From assembly GCA_963804975.1 (NCBI GenBank), contig CAWDSG010000002.1, positions 341,015 through 405,014 of the forward strand: a stretch of DNA of 64,000 nt, given 5' to 3'. This document shows positions 28,818 through 38,659 of this stretch, piece after piece. The stretch comes from an uncultured bacterium (GTDB lineage Bacteria; Patescibacteriota; Minisyncoccia; Phycocordibacterales; GWA1-40-21). The notes under the pieces were generated by a model, which saw nothing but the letters and a program-made list of their open reading frames with translations, made no database searches and was not told the DNA's origin. A program made the position numbers and the translations under genes. The first letter of the stretch is position 1; every line of letters starts with the position of its first letter.

Positions 28818-29417
28818 TTATACCATTTTTTGATACTCCGCAACAGAAACTTGGGCTGGAATTATTACTCTGCCATTCAGCATATATCCTTTTTTCTTTA
28901 CCGAAATTATTTTGCCGTCTTGTTTTTCGTCATTGGTTTTTTCATGTACTTCGGCAACATGGAATTTCGGATCAAATTTTTCTTCAAGAGGATTTATTAT
29001 TTTTAGGCCGTTTTCATCAAGAATTTTCAGAAATTGCGAATGGATATATTCTATGCCGACTCGCCAGTTTTTATCCGCTTTTTCCCATGCTTCTTTATTT
29101 GCAAAAGCCATTTCAAACGAGTCAAGCACGGAAATCAATTCCGAAATGAGATTTTCGTTGCTGTATTTTATGACCTCCAGTTTTTCATTCTCAACTCTCT
29201 TTTTGTAGTTTACAAAATCAGCTCTTTCTCTCTGCCAGCCGTTCATATATTCCTGCTTTTCTTTTTCGCAAGCTTTCAGTTTTTCTCTAAGTTTTTTCAC
29301 GAGATCCTCCGGTATCTCATTTTCAGCTACAACATCGTCAGAAATGGTTTTTTTCACCTTTTCTTCCTCGTATATTATATCTTTATCATCATTATTTTTA
29401 GTCATATTCTTAGCCAT
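28818..29417 (-). CDS. grpE: nucleotide exchange factor GrpE
   Basis: Acidic N-terminus, long coiled coil, C-terminal 'ISVKKKGYMLNGRVIIPAQV' GrpE-like beta domain; 199 aa upstream of dnaK. Confidence 0.8.
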   Translation of the reverse strand: MAKNMTKNNDDKDIIYEEEKVKKTISDDVVAENEIPEDLVKKLREKLKACEKEKQEYMNGWQRERADFVNYKKRVENEKLEVIKYSNENLISELISVLDSFEMAFANKEAWEKADKNWRVGIEYIHSQFLKILDENGLKIINPLEEKFDPKFHVAEVHEKTNDEKQDGKIISVKKKGYMLNGRVIIPAQVSVAEYQKMV

Positions 29418-29515
29418 TTTATCATATTTTATTTAAAAAGCAAGTTTTGAACTTGACGTTTATATAAAAATATGATACTCTTTTATTTGAAAGAACTTTT
29501 TATTAATAGGAGGTT

Positions 29516-29710
29516 GTGAGGATGTCAAAAAATCACAAATGTACCGAAGAAGAACTTCGGCGAGAGCTTAGTTTAACGGGCAATATTTCCGAAGTATTTC
29601 GAATCTATTCCGAGGCCACGGATCTCGGGTATGAGTCACTAGCCGAGGAAATTATCGCAAAAGCTCAGAGTTTTTTACCGGAAGATTTAGGTTTGGTTAA
29701 AAAACCCTGA
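29516..29710 (+). CDS. small hypothetical protein (64 aa)
   Basis: RBS 'taggagg' upstream of ATG 29522/29516; own terminator. Confidence 0.35.
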   Translation: MRMSKNHKCTEEELRRELSLTGNISEVFRIYSEATDLGYESLAEEIIAKAQSFLPEDLGLVKKP

Positions 29711-29730
29711 ATAAAAATCCCCAGTTCCAT

Positions 29731-29776
29731 AAAATCCGCTTTCTTTGTAAAAAGAAAGCGGATTTTTATTTTTTTA
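29731..29776. terminator. bidirectional rho-independent terminator
   Basis: atccgctttcttt / aaagaaagcggat 13-bp stem, loop gtaa, flanked by A-run and T-run. Confidence 0.8.
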
Positions 29777-29783
29777 ACTTTTC

Positions 29784-31007
29784 TTATTCATACCTCAGAG
29801 CGTCAATCGGATTCAGGTTTGATGCCCGAGCCGCAGGATAATATCCGAATACAATGCCGATAAATGCCGAAACGCAGAACGACAACAAAACCGGCCAAAT
29901 AGTAACTTGCGATTGCAATAATCCCGTGAGCGACAAGACGACAGAAATAATAATTCCCAGAATCACTCCGATGATGCCGCCAAAAACCGTCAGCACTATC
30001 GATTCAATCAAAAATTGCAGGCGAATATCGTGTTTTTTCGCGCCAATAGCTTTTCTCAAGCCAATTTCTTTCGTTCGCTCGGTCACGGTAGTGAGCATCA
30101 TATTCATAATGCCGATGCCTCCGACCACAAGCGAAATGCCGGCGATCGCGGCGAAAAGATATGTGAGCGTGGTGGTGATGGATGATGCGGTGGATAAAAT
30201 ATCCGCTTCGTTGAGCGTGCTGAAATCGGCCTTTGCCGGATCCGAGATATTATGCCTTGAAAGCAGAATTGATGTTGCCTGATTTTGCACATCGGTAACC
30301 AAAGCGGAACTTTGCGCTTCTATGCTTATTTCGCTGACATATTTGTTTCCGGTCAGATATTGTTGAGCCACGCTGATCGGAATATAAACAGCATCATCCG
30401 AATTGCTGAATCCGGAGCCGCCTTTCGCTTTTGTCACGCCGATAACGGTAAAAATATCTCCACTGATTCGTATGGTCTGCCCTACCGCTTCGGCGCCAAT
30501 GCCAAAAAGATCATCCCTGGTAGTTGGCCCAAGTACCGCGACTCTGGCCAAATTTGTCACTTGGTCTTGCGTAAAAAACATTCCGTCATCAACGCTGAAA
30601 TTGCGCACTTCAAGATAATCAGGAATCGTACCGATAATGGATGTGTTTGTATTAGTGCCTGCGGCTACCACTTGCTTTCTGGCGGTAACATCTGGGGCAA
30701 CGGCTTTTGCGCTTATCACTTCCTGCGCAAGGGCGGTTGAATCATCTAAAGTAAGCGTATTTGCGCTTCCTCTTCCCGCACTGACTGTGCTTCCGGGAGT
30801 CCTTTGGGCGCCGGGAGATACGACGACAAGGTTTGAACCGATTGACTGAATGCTTTTTTGGATGGAATTTGATGCGCCAGTGCCGATTGCCAGCATGGAA
30901 ATAACCGATGCGATGCCGATGACAATGCCAAGCATCGTCAAGCTTGTCCTGACTTTATTGGATAGAAGAGCTGATGATGTTTCGTGCATTAAATCTGATA
31001 TCGTCAT
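29784..31007 (-). CDS. ABC transporter permease, MacB/FtsX family
   Basis: N-terminal TM, large periplasmic domain, C-terminal 3-TM FtsX domain; 407 aa. Confidence 0.85.
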   Translation of the reverse strand: MTISDLMHETSSALLSNKVRTSLTMLGIVIGIASVISMLAIGTGASNSIQKSIQSIGSNLVVVSPGAQRTPGSTVSAGRGSANTLTLDDSTALAQEVISAKAVAPDVTARKQVVAAGTNTNTSIIGTIPDYLEVRNFSVDDGMFFTQDQVTNLARVAVLGPTTRDDLFGIGAEAVGQTIRISGDIFTVIGVTKAKGGSGFSNSDDAVYIPISVAQQYLTGNKYVSEISIEAQSSALVTDVQNQATSILLSRHNISDPAKADFSTLNEADILSTASSITTTLTYLFAAIAGISLVVGGIGIMNMMLTTVTERTKEIGLRKAIGAKKHDIRLQFLIESIVLTVFGGIIGVILGIIISVVLSLTGLLQSQVTIWPVLLSFCVSAFIGIVFGYYPAARASNLNPIDALRYE

Positions 31008-31025
31008 TGTGGTGATAAATTAAAA

Positions 31026-31736
31026 TTACGGATTTATTTTTACAATTCTTTTTGAGTGGCCTTTATCATCGCTTACGATAAGTCCGTCCCGGATATGAAT
31101 AATCCTATCCGCATGTTCCGCAACATCCCGTTCGTGAGTAATCAGAATAATGGTATGTCCTTCTTTTTTGTTCAGTTCCTGAAATGTTCCGAGTACGATT
31201 TCTCCCGTCTGTGTATCAAGATTTCCGGTCGGCTCATCCGCCATAATCAAAGACGGATCGTTAACGAGCGCCCGTGCAATTGCAACACGCTGAATTTCCC
31301 CTCCCGAAAGCTGATTTGAAAGATGACTCCACCTGCCTTCTTCAAGCCCTGCGGAAAGCAAAGCTTTTTTTGCAAGTTTTTCCCGTTCAATCGGTAATAT
31401 ATTAAGATACACGAGTGGCAATACGACATTTCTTAAAACCGTCGCCCGGCGCAAAAGATTGAAGGCCTGAAAAACAAAGCCGATTTTTTTCCCTCGTATA
31501 TCGGCAAGCTCATCTTCGGAAAGTTTTGAAACATCCTGGCCGTCAAGAAAATATGTTCCTGATGTAGGAGTATCAAGCGCGCCAAGAATGTGCATTAGGG
31601 TTGATTTTCCGGAGCCAGATGGCCCCATAATCGCTACGAATTCCCCGTCTTCAATTTTAAACGATACTCCTCTGACGGCTTTAGTTTCCGAATCGCCGTT
31701 TATGTATGTTTTTTTTATATCCTTGACTTCAATCAT
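31026..31736 (-). CDS. ABC transporter ATP-binding protein (MacB/LolD-type)
   Basis: 'GPSGSGKST' Walker A, 'LSGGEIQRVAIARAL', 'IMADEPTGNLD'; 236 aa. Confidence 0.9.
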   Translation of the reverse strand: MIEVKDIKKTYINGDSETKAVRGVSFKIEDGEFVAIMGPSGSGKSTLMHILGALDTPTSGTYFLDGQDVSKLSEDELADIRGKKIGFVFQAFNLLRRATVLRNVVLPLVYLNILPIEREKLAKKALLSAGLEEGRWSHLSNQLSGGEIQRVAIARALVNDPSLIMADEPTGNLDTQTGEIVLGTFQELNKKEGHTIILITHERDVAEHADRIIHIRDGLIVSDDKGHSKRIVKINP

Positions 31737-31740
31737 TTGT

Positions 31741-31830
31741 ATTATGCGAAAATTATGCGAATGTTGCGAATATCAACGAAAATTAATTTGAATTTATTCG
31801 TAGCCATTCGTTTTATTCGCATAATTTTCG
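31741..31830. promoter_or_regulatory. iterated TTATGCGAA motif cluster (3 direct + 1 inverted copy) inside efflux operon
   Basis: aTTATGCGAAaaTTATGCGAAtgTTGCGAAtat at 31741-31772 and inverted ttattcgcataa at 31813-31824. Confidence 0.35.
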
Positions 31831-31834
31831 TATA

Positions 31835-33793
31835 TTATCTTCCTCCTGTGAATGTTCCCACGGCGCCGCCTCCGAATTCTCCGACTCTGATAGCGCCGCC
31901 GGCTCCGCCAATTGTTCTTGTTGTCGCTTGCGTTGCGGCAGTTTTTACCGATGAGGCGCTGCCCGTGATTGTTCTTGTAACAACCATTTCTCCTTCCGTA
32001 AGGCCTGAAAGAATCTCAGTTTCGGTATCATTTGATATGCCGATTGTCACTTCAACTTTTACGACATTCGGCTGCGCAGCATTTGAAAGCGATTGCGCCT
32101 GGCTTTGCACGGAACTGCTGCCATATCTGAATTGCTTTGTCGTTGAACCGTTTGCAAATGTAGATGATGCGAAAGTGGACGAAGCAAAAGTTGAGGAAGC
32201 GAAATTCCTGTTTCTTGTTGAAGAACCAAAACTGCCATTGAAATTACCCATAAAACTTGAAGACGCAATTTTCGCCACAAGAACATATTTTTTCCCGCCG
32301 GAAGTTGTAATTGCCGAACTTGAAATCATAAGCACATTCTGATGATCAATGATATTTATATTCGCTATGGCGGTCATTCCTGTTTTTATAGAATCATTCT
32401 GTTCATCAAGTGCAATCTGAACGCCGTAGCTGACAACGCCTTGGCTTACTGTTCCGAGAGGGTCCACATATCTTACATGCCCGGCGATAGTGATATTTGG
32501 CAATGCGTCAAAAGTAATCTGTACCGGATTATTTGCCGCCACTTTTGCCGCATCAACTTCGTTTAAAGTCAGATTAACGACTCGTTGCGTTGTGATAAGC
32601 GTGCCAAGCGAATCCGATGACGAAACTTGCTGGCCAAGCTGTGCGGTAAGGCCGCCAATTTGTCCGTCAAACGGCGCAGTGATTATCCTGCTCTGATAAT
32701 TCTGCTCCGCGTTTGCAAGATTTGCATTTGCGTTATCAAGAGCTGATTTTGAAACGGTAACATCATCAGGATTTGGCGGGGCGATTTTCAAAGCTAAAAA
32801 TTGCTGGTCGTTTGCGAGATTTGTCACGGCGTTATTATAAGATTGGAGCAGAGATATAAGCGAACTGATTGCCGAATCGGCGCCTGATCTTGCGCTTGAA
32901 GCTCCCGATTTATCTGAATTTAATGTAGCTTGCGCAGTTGAACCTTGCGCTACGCTGTACGAACTGAATAAGGAAGTCATATTGTCAAAATAAGTCCTTA
33001 TTTGGTTTAAATATGAAATTGAATCATTGAGGAGAGTAACAAGTTCAGTAGAACTTATTGTCGAACTCGTTGCATTATTTATCTCTTCGTCCCACGCAAT
33101 AAGATTTGATCCGACAGAAACTCTGCCGGCTGCAACGCTGTTAACCAATTGCTGATTTAAAAAATCTATTCCGTTTATCATTAAGCTTGGATTTACGCCG
33201 GTTATATTCTGAAAAAACGGATCTGTGCTGATATAAACGGAATTTGATACCGATGAATATGCGTTTCGTATGCCAAGCAATATATTTTGCTGGTCGTTTG
33301 CAAGCCCAGTTTCGTCGGATTGAATCGTATTTTTGATTGACTGCAAATCCGATGCGGTTGGACCACCGACAAGTTTGTCATAACTTGCCTGAGCGCTTTC
33401 CACGCTTGCTTTTGCCTGATTGAGCGATTGGAGAGCATTTTTTCCGTCAAGTACAGCTATCACCTGCCCTGCTTTTACAAAATCGCCATTTTGAACTTTC
33501 ACTGAAACAATCTGACCAAGCGTTTGTGTCTGCCCCACTGTCTGCGGCTTTATACTTACTTCTCCGAGGGTGGCCACTTGCCCTGATCCACTGACAGAGA
33601 CCGCCAAATCCCCTCTTTGCACTTTGCCGAAAACATATTGAGTGACACTTGCTGATCCGCCTTTTGCAAACAGCACATAGACAAGCGATACGAAGATAAT
33701 TACCGAAACGATTGTAAGCGGTTTGTGCGCTGAGGCAAACGGTTTGATTTTTATTGTCCAGGCAACTTTAATTTTTGATAGAGCTGTTTTCAT
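31835..33793 (-). CDS. HlyD/MacA-type periplasmic adaptor with long low-complexity C-terminal extension
   Basis: N-terminal TM, biotin-lipoyl-like hairpins ('VQRGDLAVSVSGSGQV', 'KVQNGDFVKAGQVIAVLDG'), long coiled coil, then 'FASSTFASSTFASSTF' and G-rich tail; 652 aa. Confidence 0.75.
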   Translation of the reverse strand: MKTALSKIKVAWTIKIKPFASAHKPLTIVSVIIFVSLVYVLFAKGGSASVTQYVFGKVQRGDLAVSVSGSGQVATLGEVSIKPQTVGQTQTLGQIVSVKVQNGDFVKAGQVIAVLDGKNALQSLNQAKASVESAQASYDKLVGGPTASDLQSIKNTIQSDETGLANDQQNILLGIRNAYSSVSNSVYISTDPFFQNITGVNPSLMINGIDFLNQQLVNSVAAGRVSVGSNLIAWDEEINNATSSTISSTELVTLLNDSISYLNQIRTYFDNMTSLFSSYSVAQGSTAQATLNSDKSGASSARSGADSAISSLISLLQSYNNAVTNLANDQQFLALKIAPPNPDDVTVSKSALDNANANLANAEQNYQSRIITAPFDGQIGGLTAQLGQQVSSSDSLGTLITTQRVVNLTLNEVDAAKVAANNPVQITFDALPNITIAGHVRYVDPLGTVSQGVVSYGVQIALDEQNDSIKTGMTAIANINIIDHQNVLMISSSAITTSGGKKYVLVAKIASSSFMGNFNGSFGSSTRNRNFASSTFASSTFASSTFANGSTTKQFRYGSSSVQSQAQSLSNAAQPNVVKVEVTIGISNDTETEILSGLTEGEMVVTRTITGSASSVKTAATQATTRTIGGAGGAIRVGEFGGGAVGTFTGGR

Positions 33794-33821
33794 TAGTTGA
33801 GCAATTATTATTAATAAATAT

Positions 33822-34301
33822 TTAATTTTGATTTGCCGGCGGCGGAGGCGGAAGCACTCTTATCAATCTTGCAAGAAGCACCGGATCGGTCGATGACGAA
33901 GGCGAACCGAATGCAACAACAAAATCGTCAGTTTTTAGATCATCAGTTTTTTCATCTCCATTTGCGTCTTTGATTTGCGTTGAACTTGAAATTTCAATTG
34001 TTTTTTCAATGCCTGAGCGGTCTTCAATGGTGATAAGCGGCAGTTTCAGTTCAACAATCTGCCCGACTGCGCCATGTGCACTTTCAAAATCTCCTTTTTG
34101 AATTCCCATTATTTTACTGTTTGGACCGCCATTTATTTCATGAAAGTAATTTTCACCAACCTTGTTGTAAAAAGAGGCCTTTTCAAATCCTACGGACATA
34201 CCGGCCTGAAAAACAAAAAGTAAAACCAAAAGCCCTATTATAATATAGATGATTATTTTGAATTTTCGTGTTCCAAAAATATTTTTTATTTCCTCAACCA
34301 T
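33822..34301 (-). CDS. membrane-anchored hypothetical protein
   Basis: 159 aa, single TM, C-terminal PPPPP. Confidence 0.45.
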   Translation of the reverse strand: MVEEIKNIFGTRKFKIIIYIIIGLLVLLFVFQAGMSVGFEKASFYNKVGENYFHEINGGPNSKIMGIQKGDFESAHGAVGQIVELKLPLITIEDRSGIEKTIEISSSTQIKDANGDEKTDDLKTDDFVVAFGSPSSSTDPVLLARLIRVLPPPPPANQN

Positions 34302-34312
34302 AGTTTTATTGA

Positions 34313-34726
34313 TTAATTGTTAAATGAATAAGACAATTCTTTTTTGCTGTTTGTCGCATATCGGATGGATATGAAAATAACCAGCATGGAAACAAGCGTA
34401 ATTGTGATGGCAAAGAATGGCAGCGAATCAACGAGCGAAAGCGCAAATTCGCCAAAATTGCCGAGTACAAGCTTGCTGTCTGAAAAGATAAGCGATAAAT
34501 AAGCGGAAAAACCGGATAGCTCCAATGCGTTAAACAAGTTGACCGCAAAACCAATAAATGAAATTATTGAAACGGAAAAGACGGAAAAACCGATTATTTT
34601 CCTATTCTTATTTTTTCTTTCGATTGCGGTTTCAATGCTTTTCAAAATTTTATTTTTCAAATCCGCCGGCGGATTGATGTCATCAAGCGCCAGATACACA
34701 TTCGTATTTATGTAATTTTTTTTCAT
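34313..34726 (-). CDS. polytopic membrane protein, possible anti-sigma factor
   Basis: 137 aa, immediately downstream of ECF sigma gene; cytoplasmic N-terminus then 3-4 TM. Confidence 0.4.
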   Translation of the reverse strand: MKKNYINTNVYLALDDINPPADLKNKILKSIETAIERKNKNRKIIGFSVFSVSIISFIGFAVNLFNALELSGFSAYLSLIFSDSKLVLGNFGEFALSLVDSLPFFAITITLVSMLVIFISIRYATNSKKELSYSFNN

Positions 34727-34759
34727 ATCGTTTATTGCTGATTTATACGATTTTAAGGG

Positions 34760-35377
34760 CTATTTCGGTGCATTTGCAAGTTTTTTCCTCAATATCAGAA
34801 GGGCTCTGCGATGCTGGCTTTTAACGGTGTTTACCGATTTTTTCAGTATTTTCCCGATTTCTTCAAAATCCAGACCTTCACGATATCGGAGCAATAAAAC
34901 CTCCCGGTATTGGACGGTCAACTCATTAAGCAGCCGTTCAATTATCGCTTTTTGCTCGCCTATTTCAAAAATCTCATGCGCGGTTTTTTCAATACCAACA
35001 AGATTGTCCTCAAAAAAATTATCGCCTTCTTCATTTTCAAATTGCGAAAATGAAATATTTTTCTTTTTCCGCATCCAGTCAATAGTTGTGTTCCTGACTA
35101 TCGTATAAAGCCATGTCTTGAATTTTTGCCCTTGCTTGAAATTTTTCATATTTTTCCACAACTTGACGAAGCTTTCCTGGGAAATTTCCTCGGCATCATT
35201 TTTATTTCCGCAAAGCCGATAGCTGAAATTATAAACCGGTTTGAGATAGCGATTCACAAGTTCTACAAAAGCCGGACTATTCCCTTTCATATAATCAAGA
35301 ATAAGTTCTTCGTCTTTTTTTAATTTGTAATCGTTTTGCACAGACATTATTATATATGAATTATTATATTTAAACAC
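34760..35377 (-). CDS. ECF-type sigma-70 family factor
   Basis: Region 2 'VNRYLKPVYNFSYRL ... TWLYTIVRNTTIDWMRKKK', region 4 'YREVLLLRYREGLDFEEIGKILKKSVNTVKSQ'; likely start at Met 35347. Confidence 0.8.
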   Translation of the reverse strand: MFKYNNSYIIMSVQNDYKLKKDEELILDYMKGNSPAFVELVNRYLKPVYNFSYRLCGNKNDAEEISQESFVKLWKNMKNFKQGQKFKTWLYTIVRNTTIDWMRKKKNISFSQFENEEGDNFFEDNLVGIEKTAHEIFEIGEQKAIIERLLNELTVQYREVLLLRYREGLDFEEIGKILKKSVNTVKSQHRRALLILRKKLANAPK

Positions 35378-35398
35378 TTTTTGCTATAATGTTTAGAT

Positions 35399-36748
35399 AT
35401 GAAACCTGTTTTGCGAATCATAGGCAGTATAATCTTACTTTTTATTTTTGTTGTATTTTTTGCTCATGCTCAACTGCTTACTCCCGAGGAAAGAGCCCAG
35501 CTTGAAGCCGAGCTTGCGCAGGTGCAGGCGCAGGAAGCACAAGCGCAAAAAGATCTTGCCACGGCCCAGTCAAAATCATCTTCCCTGCAAAACGACATCA
35601 ATCTCTTGAATGCGAAAATCAAAGCCGAACAATTGGATATTCAGGCAAAAAATCTTCTCATCAAGACGCTTGGCAGCAATATTACCGATAAGCAGAACGA
35701 AATCAACAGCTTGAACAGCCAGATTGAATCAAATAAAAATGCCGTAGAAGATATGTTCAGGCAGCTTGATAAAACGGATTCAATCACTCTTATTGAAATT
35801 CTCCTTTCAAATGAGACCATATCCGGTTTTGTGGAAGATTCGCAAAATATAGAAACTTTGCAGCAAAATCTGGATGAATTATCTTTGGAATTGCAGAATG
35901 AAGAAGCTTCAACAACTGCGGCAAAAAAAGTGCTTGTAACAAAGCAAAATGCAGCAATCGATGCGCGTTATGCAATTCAACAAGAGCAAAAAACAGTTCA
36001 GGCGAATCAGACCCAGCAAAAGCAGCTTCTTTCAATCAGCAAAAATAATGAGAAAGCTTACACGGCTCTTGTAACCGCGGCAAAAAAACAAGCCGATGCA
36101 ATAAACGCAAAACTTTTCTCTCTTGCCGGCGGTTCAAATCCAATTCAATTTGGCCAAGCGTATCGGTACGCTCTTACCGCTCAGAGAAAAACAGGAATTG
36201 ATCCTGCATTTCTTCTTGCGATTTTTACCCAAGAATCAAATCTTGGAACGAATCAAGGCACATGTTATCTGACCAATGCGGTGACTGGCGCGGGGGTGAA
36301 CGTAAAATCCGGCAAAACGTATACGAATGTCATGAGTCCGGCGCGCGACGTGCCTCCTTTTCTTACAATTACGAATAATTTAAACGTTGACCCGTATCAT
36401 ACGATTGTTTCTTGTCCGCAATCTTTCGGCTGGGGCGGAGCAATGGGACCGGCACAATTTATCGCTTCGACATGGATGGGTTTGACGAGCCGAATCGCTT
36501 CAGCGCTTGGATTTAGCGGCATGGCGAATCCGTGGAGTCCGGAAGATGCATTTATGGCATCTGCAATCTATTTGTCCGATCTTGGCGCATCAGGCGGCGG
36601 ATATACGGCAGAAATCAATGCCGCATGCAGATATTATTCCGGAAAATCATGCTCTGCATCCGGACTTGCCGCAAGCTACGGCTCAAGCGTCATGGCTCTT
36701 GCCGCAACAATCCAGCAGACAGAAATAAACAAACTCCAGGGATATTAA
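35399..36748 (+). CDS. secreted coiled-coil protein with C-terminal Rpf/lysozyme-like transglycosylase domain (PcsB-like architecture)
   Basis: Signal peptide, about 230-aa coiled coil, then 'FTQESNLG...GAMGPAQFIASTWMGL...PWSPEDAFMASAIYL'. Confidence 0.6.
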   Translation: MKPVLRIIGSIILLFIFVVFFAHAQLLTPEERAQLEAELAQVQAQEAQAQKDLATAQSKSSSLQNDINLLNAKIKAEQLDIQAKNLLIKTLGSNITDKQNEINSLNSQIESNKNAVEDMFRQLDKTDSITLIEILLSNETISGFVEDSQNIETLQQNLDELSLELQNEEASTTAAKKVLVTKQNAAIDARYAIQQEQKTVQANQTQQKQLLSISKNNEKAYTALVTAAKKQADAINAKLFSLAGGSNPIQFGQAYRYALTAQRKTGIDPAFLLAIFTQESNLGTNQGTCYLTNAVTGAGVNVKSGKTYTNVMSPARDVPPFLTITNNLNVDPYHTIVSCPQSFGWGGAMGPAQFIASTWMGLTSRIASALGFSGMANPWSPEDAFMASAIYLSDLGASGGGYTAEINAACRYYSGKSCSASGLAASYGSSVMALAATIQQTEINKLQGY

Positions 36749-36769
36749 AAGTCTTACAAATTATTTTTT

Positions 36770-38131
36770 TTATTGATTAATTATTATTCTTTTTGATGGA
36801 GTAGAACTGGCGACACACAATTGGGCTTTGCCCGATTTAAAATCTTTAAACACAGTCATTTCACCTGGCGAAGCAAATACATTATTTGTTTTCATTATGA
36901 AAGAATCTTGGCTTTTTCCTTTCTCCAGTATAGTAGCAAACTTTATTGGAGAATTTGTCGCCGGATAAAATTCTAGAAGTTCTTTGCCAAATTGAGCAAC
37001 TACAGAATCTTCCCATCGATTTCGATAAATACCTTCGTATTTTGAATATACTGGCAACTTACCTTCATGTTTTGTTAGATTATCCAATCCGTTGTAAATC
37101 ATTTCAAAAACCCCTCTGCCGATACCAGATCCTTCGCTAGATTGGGAATTTGTAAGAACGATGACGCCCAAATCTAATGCTGGATCAAGAAATATTCGTG
37201 TTATAAATCCAAAGTATCCGCCACCGTGTCCAATGATCTTTCTTTTGGTAATGCGAATTATATCAAATCCAAGCCCGTATTCGTCATTCCCTTCTGTTTT
37301 TTCATGGCCTTTCATTATTTCTTTTTTTGATTCACGATTTATCAATGATTTTTTTGATTCTAATGACAAAGCGGAAAGATGTTTAGCAAGGTCGCTGACA
37401 TTCGAAAGAAAACCAGTGGCCGGAGCATATGCATTTGTCTTATAATGTTCAAAAACTTCTTCATCTTTATCTGGCATCTCTCTTCCATAACCGGTAGCGA
37501 CATTTTTTAACGATTTCGAATAATCGACAGTCGTTGAGTTCATTTGGAGGGGTTTTAGAATATTTTTTTCAATATAATCTTTGTATGTAAGACCGCTTAT
37601 TTTTTTAATTATCAGACCGAGTAGTGAGAAACCGTAATTCGTATATTTGAATCTTGTTCCATTTTCAAATGTAAGAGAAGATATGCCAAAAGATTTTTTC
37701 AGATCTGTCGGAAAATCACCCGTTTCCCAATGCGGCGTATCGCCATCACGGAAAAGCCCTGCTGTATGGGAAAGGATTTGCCGAATCGTTATATTTTTTG
37801 AATTTATATTTTTGCTTTTCGCCCTGAACCACGGAATGTAATCAGCGACTTTATCATCTAGACAAAGTTTTCCTTTCTCAACTAATTGTATTATCGCAAC
37901 TGATGTAAATGTTTTTGAAATTGAAGCAATGTGATACAACGTCTTTTCATTTACAGGTATTTTCTTTTCAAGATCGGTATAACCAAAACCTCGCGCGTAT
38001 ACTAAATTTCCTTTATACATAATTCCGATTGATAATCCGGGAGTTTTGTCGTATCTGATTTTAATTGGCAACCAAATATCTATAAGATGTGTCGTATTTT
38101 TAATTATTTGTGAAAGTTGTTCTTTTTTCAT
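36770..38131 (-). CDS. beta-lactamase-family serine hydrolase (class C/DD-peptidase-like)
   Basis: 'IASISKTFTSVAI' SxxK, 'YTNYG' YxN, 'IGHGGG' KTG-like; 453 aa. Confidence 0.8.
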   Translation of the reverse strand: MKKEQLSQIIKNTTHLIDIWLPIKIRYDKTPGLSIGIMYKGNLVYARGFGYTDLEKKIPVNEKTLYHIASISKTFTSVAIIQLVEKGKLCLDDKVADYIPWFRAKSKNINSKNITIRQILSHTAGLFRDGDTPHWETGDFPTDLKKSFGISSLTFENGTRFKYTNYGFSLLGLIIKKISGLTYKDYIEKNILKPLQMNSTTVDYSKSLKNVATGYGREMPDKDEEVFEHYKTNAYAPATGFLSNVSDLAKHLSALSLESKKSLINRESKKEIMKGHEKTEGNDEYGLGFDIIRITKRKIIGHGGGYFGFITRIFLDPALDLGVIVLTNSQSSEGSGIGRGVFEMIYNGLDNLTKHEGKLPVYSKYEGIYRNRWEDSVVAQFGKELLEFYPATNSPIKFATILEKGKSQDSFIMKTNNVFASPGEMTVFKDFKSGKAQLCVASSTPSKRIIINQ

Positions 38132-38151
38132 GGATTGATTATAACATTTTT

Positions 38152-38658
38152 TTATTCCGTTTTAAATGAATCCATCTTCTCCTGAATATTCTTTTGGAAA
38201 TATCCTTTGTATCGCTTCTGAAGAGCCGGCAGTTTCCAGTCGGAACCTTTAATTCTTCCTCGGCACAATTTTGTTCTGCATTTGCATTCCATATCGTAAT
38301 TTCCGCTGTCAGTCATAACGTCATCATATGTAACTTCCTCGTCCTTTTCTATATCTCTCATTGCGTGGGGCCAGTTATCTTTAATGCCTACGTTTGGATC
38401 GCATGAATGATTCATTAGAAAACCAGCCGAAGGATTATTAATATCCAACGGACATTCTTCCTCGTTATCATTTATTTCATAACAAAGCTGTTTCCAAAGA
38501 ATAAAATTCGGCTTCTTTTTGATTTCTTCTTTGGTCAAAATCTGAACATCTTCTGTCCTATCAATCAGTTCGCCTTTCAGTATTTTTTCTTTAGCAAAAA
38601 GACCTTTTCCTTTCTCGGGAGTATTTCTGACTTCAATTTTTGGGTTTATATAGTTCAC
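38152..38658 (-). CDS. SET-domain protein (putative protein lysine methyltransferase)
   Basis: 'GKGLFAKEKILKGELI', 'FLMNHSCDPNV' (NHSC-PN SET signature), 'EEVTYDD', post-SET Cys cluster 'CKCRTKLCRG'; 168 aa. Confidence 0.8.
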   Translation of the reverse strand: MNYINPKIEVRNTPEKGKGLFAKEKILKGELIDRTEDVQILTKEEIKKKPNFILWKQLCYEINDNEEECPLDINNPSAGFLMNHSCDPNVGIKDNWPHAMRDIEKDEEVTYDDVMTDSGNYDMECKCRTKLCRGRIKGSDWKLPALQKRYKGYFQKNIQEKMDSFKTE

Positions 38659-38659
38659 T

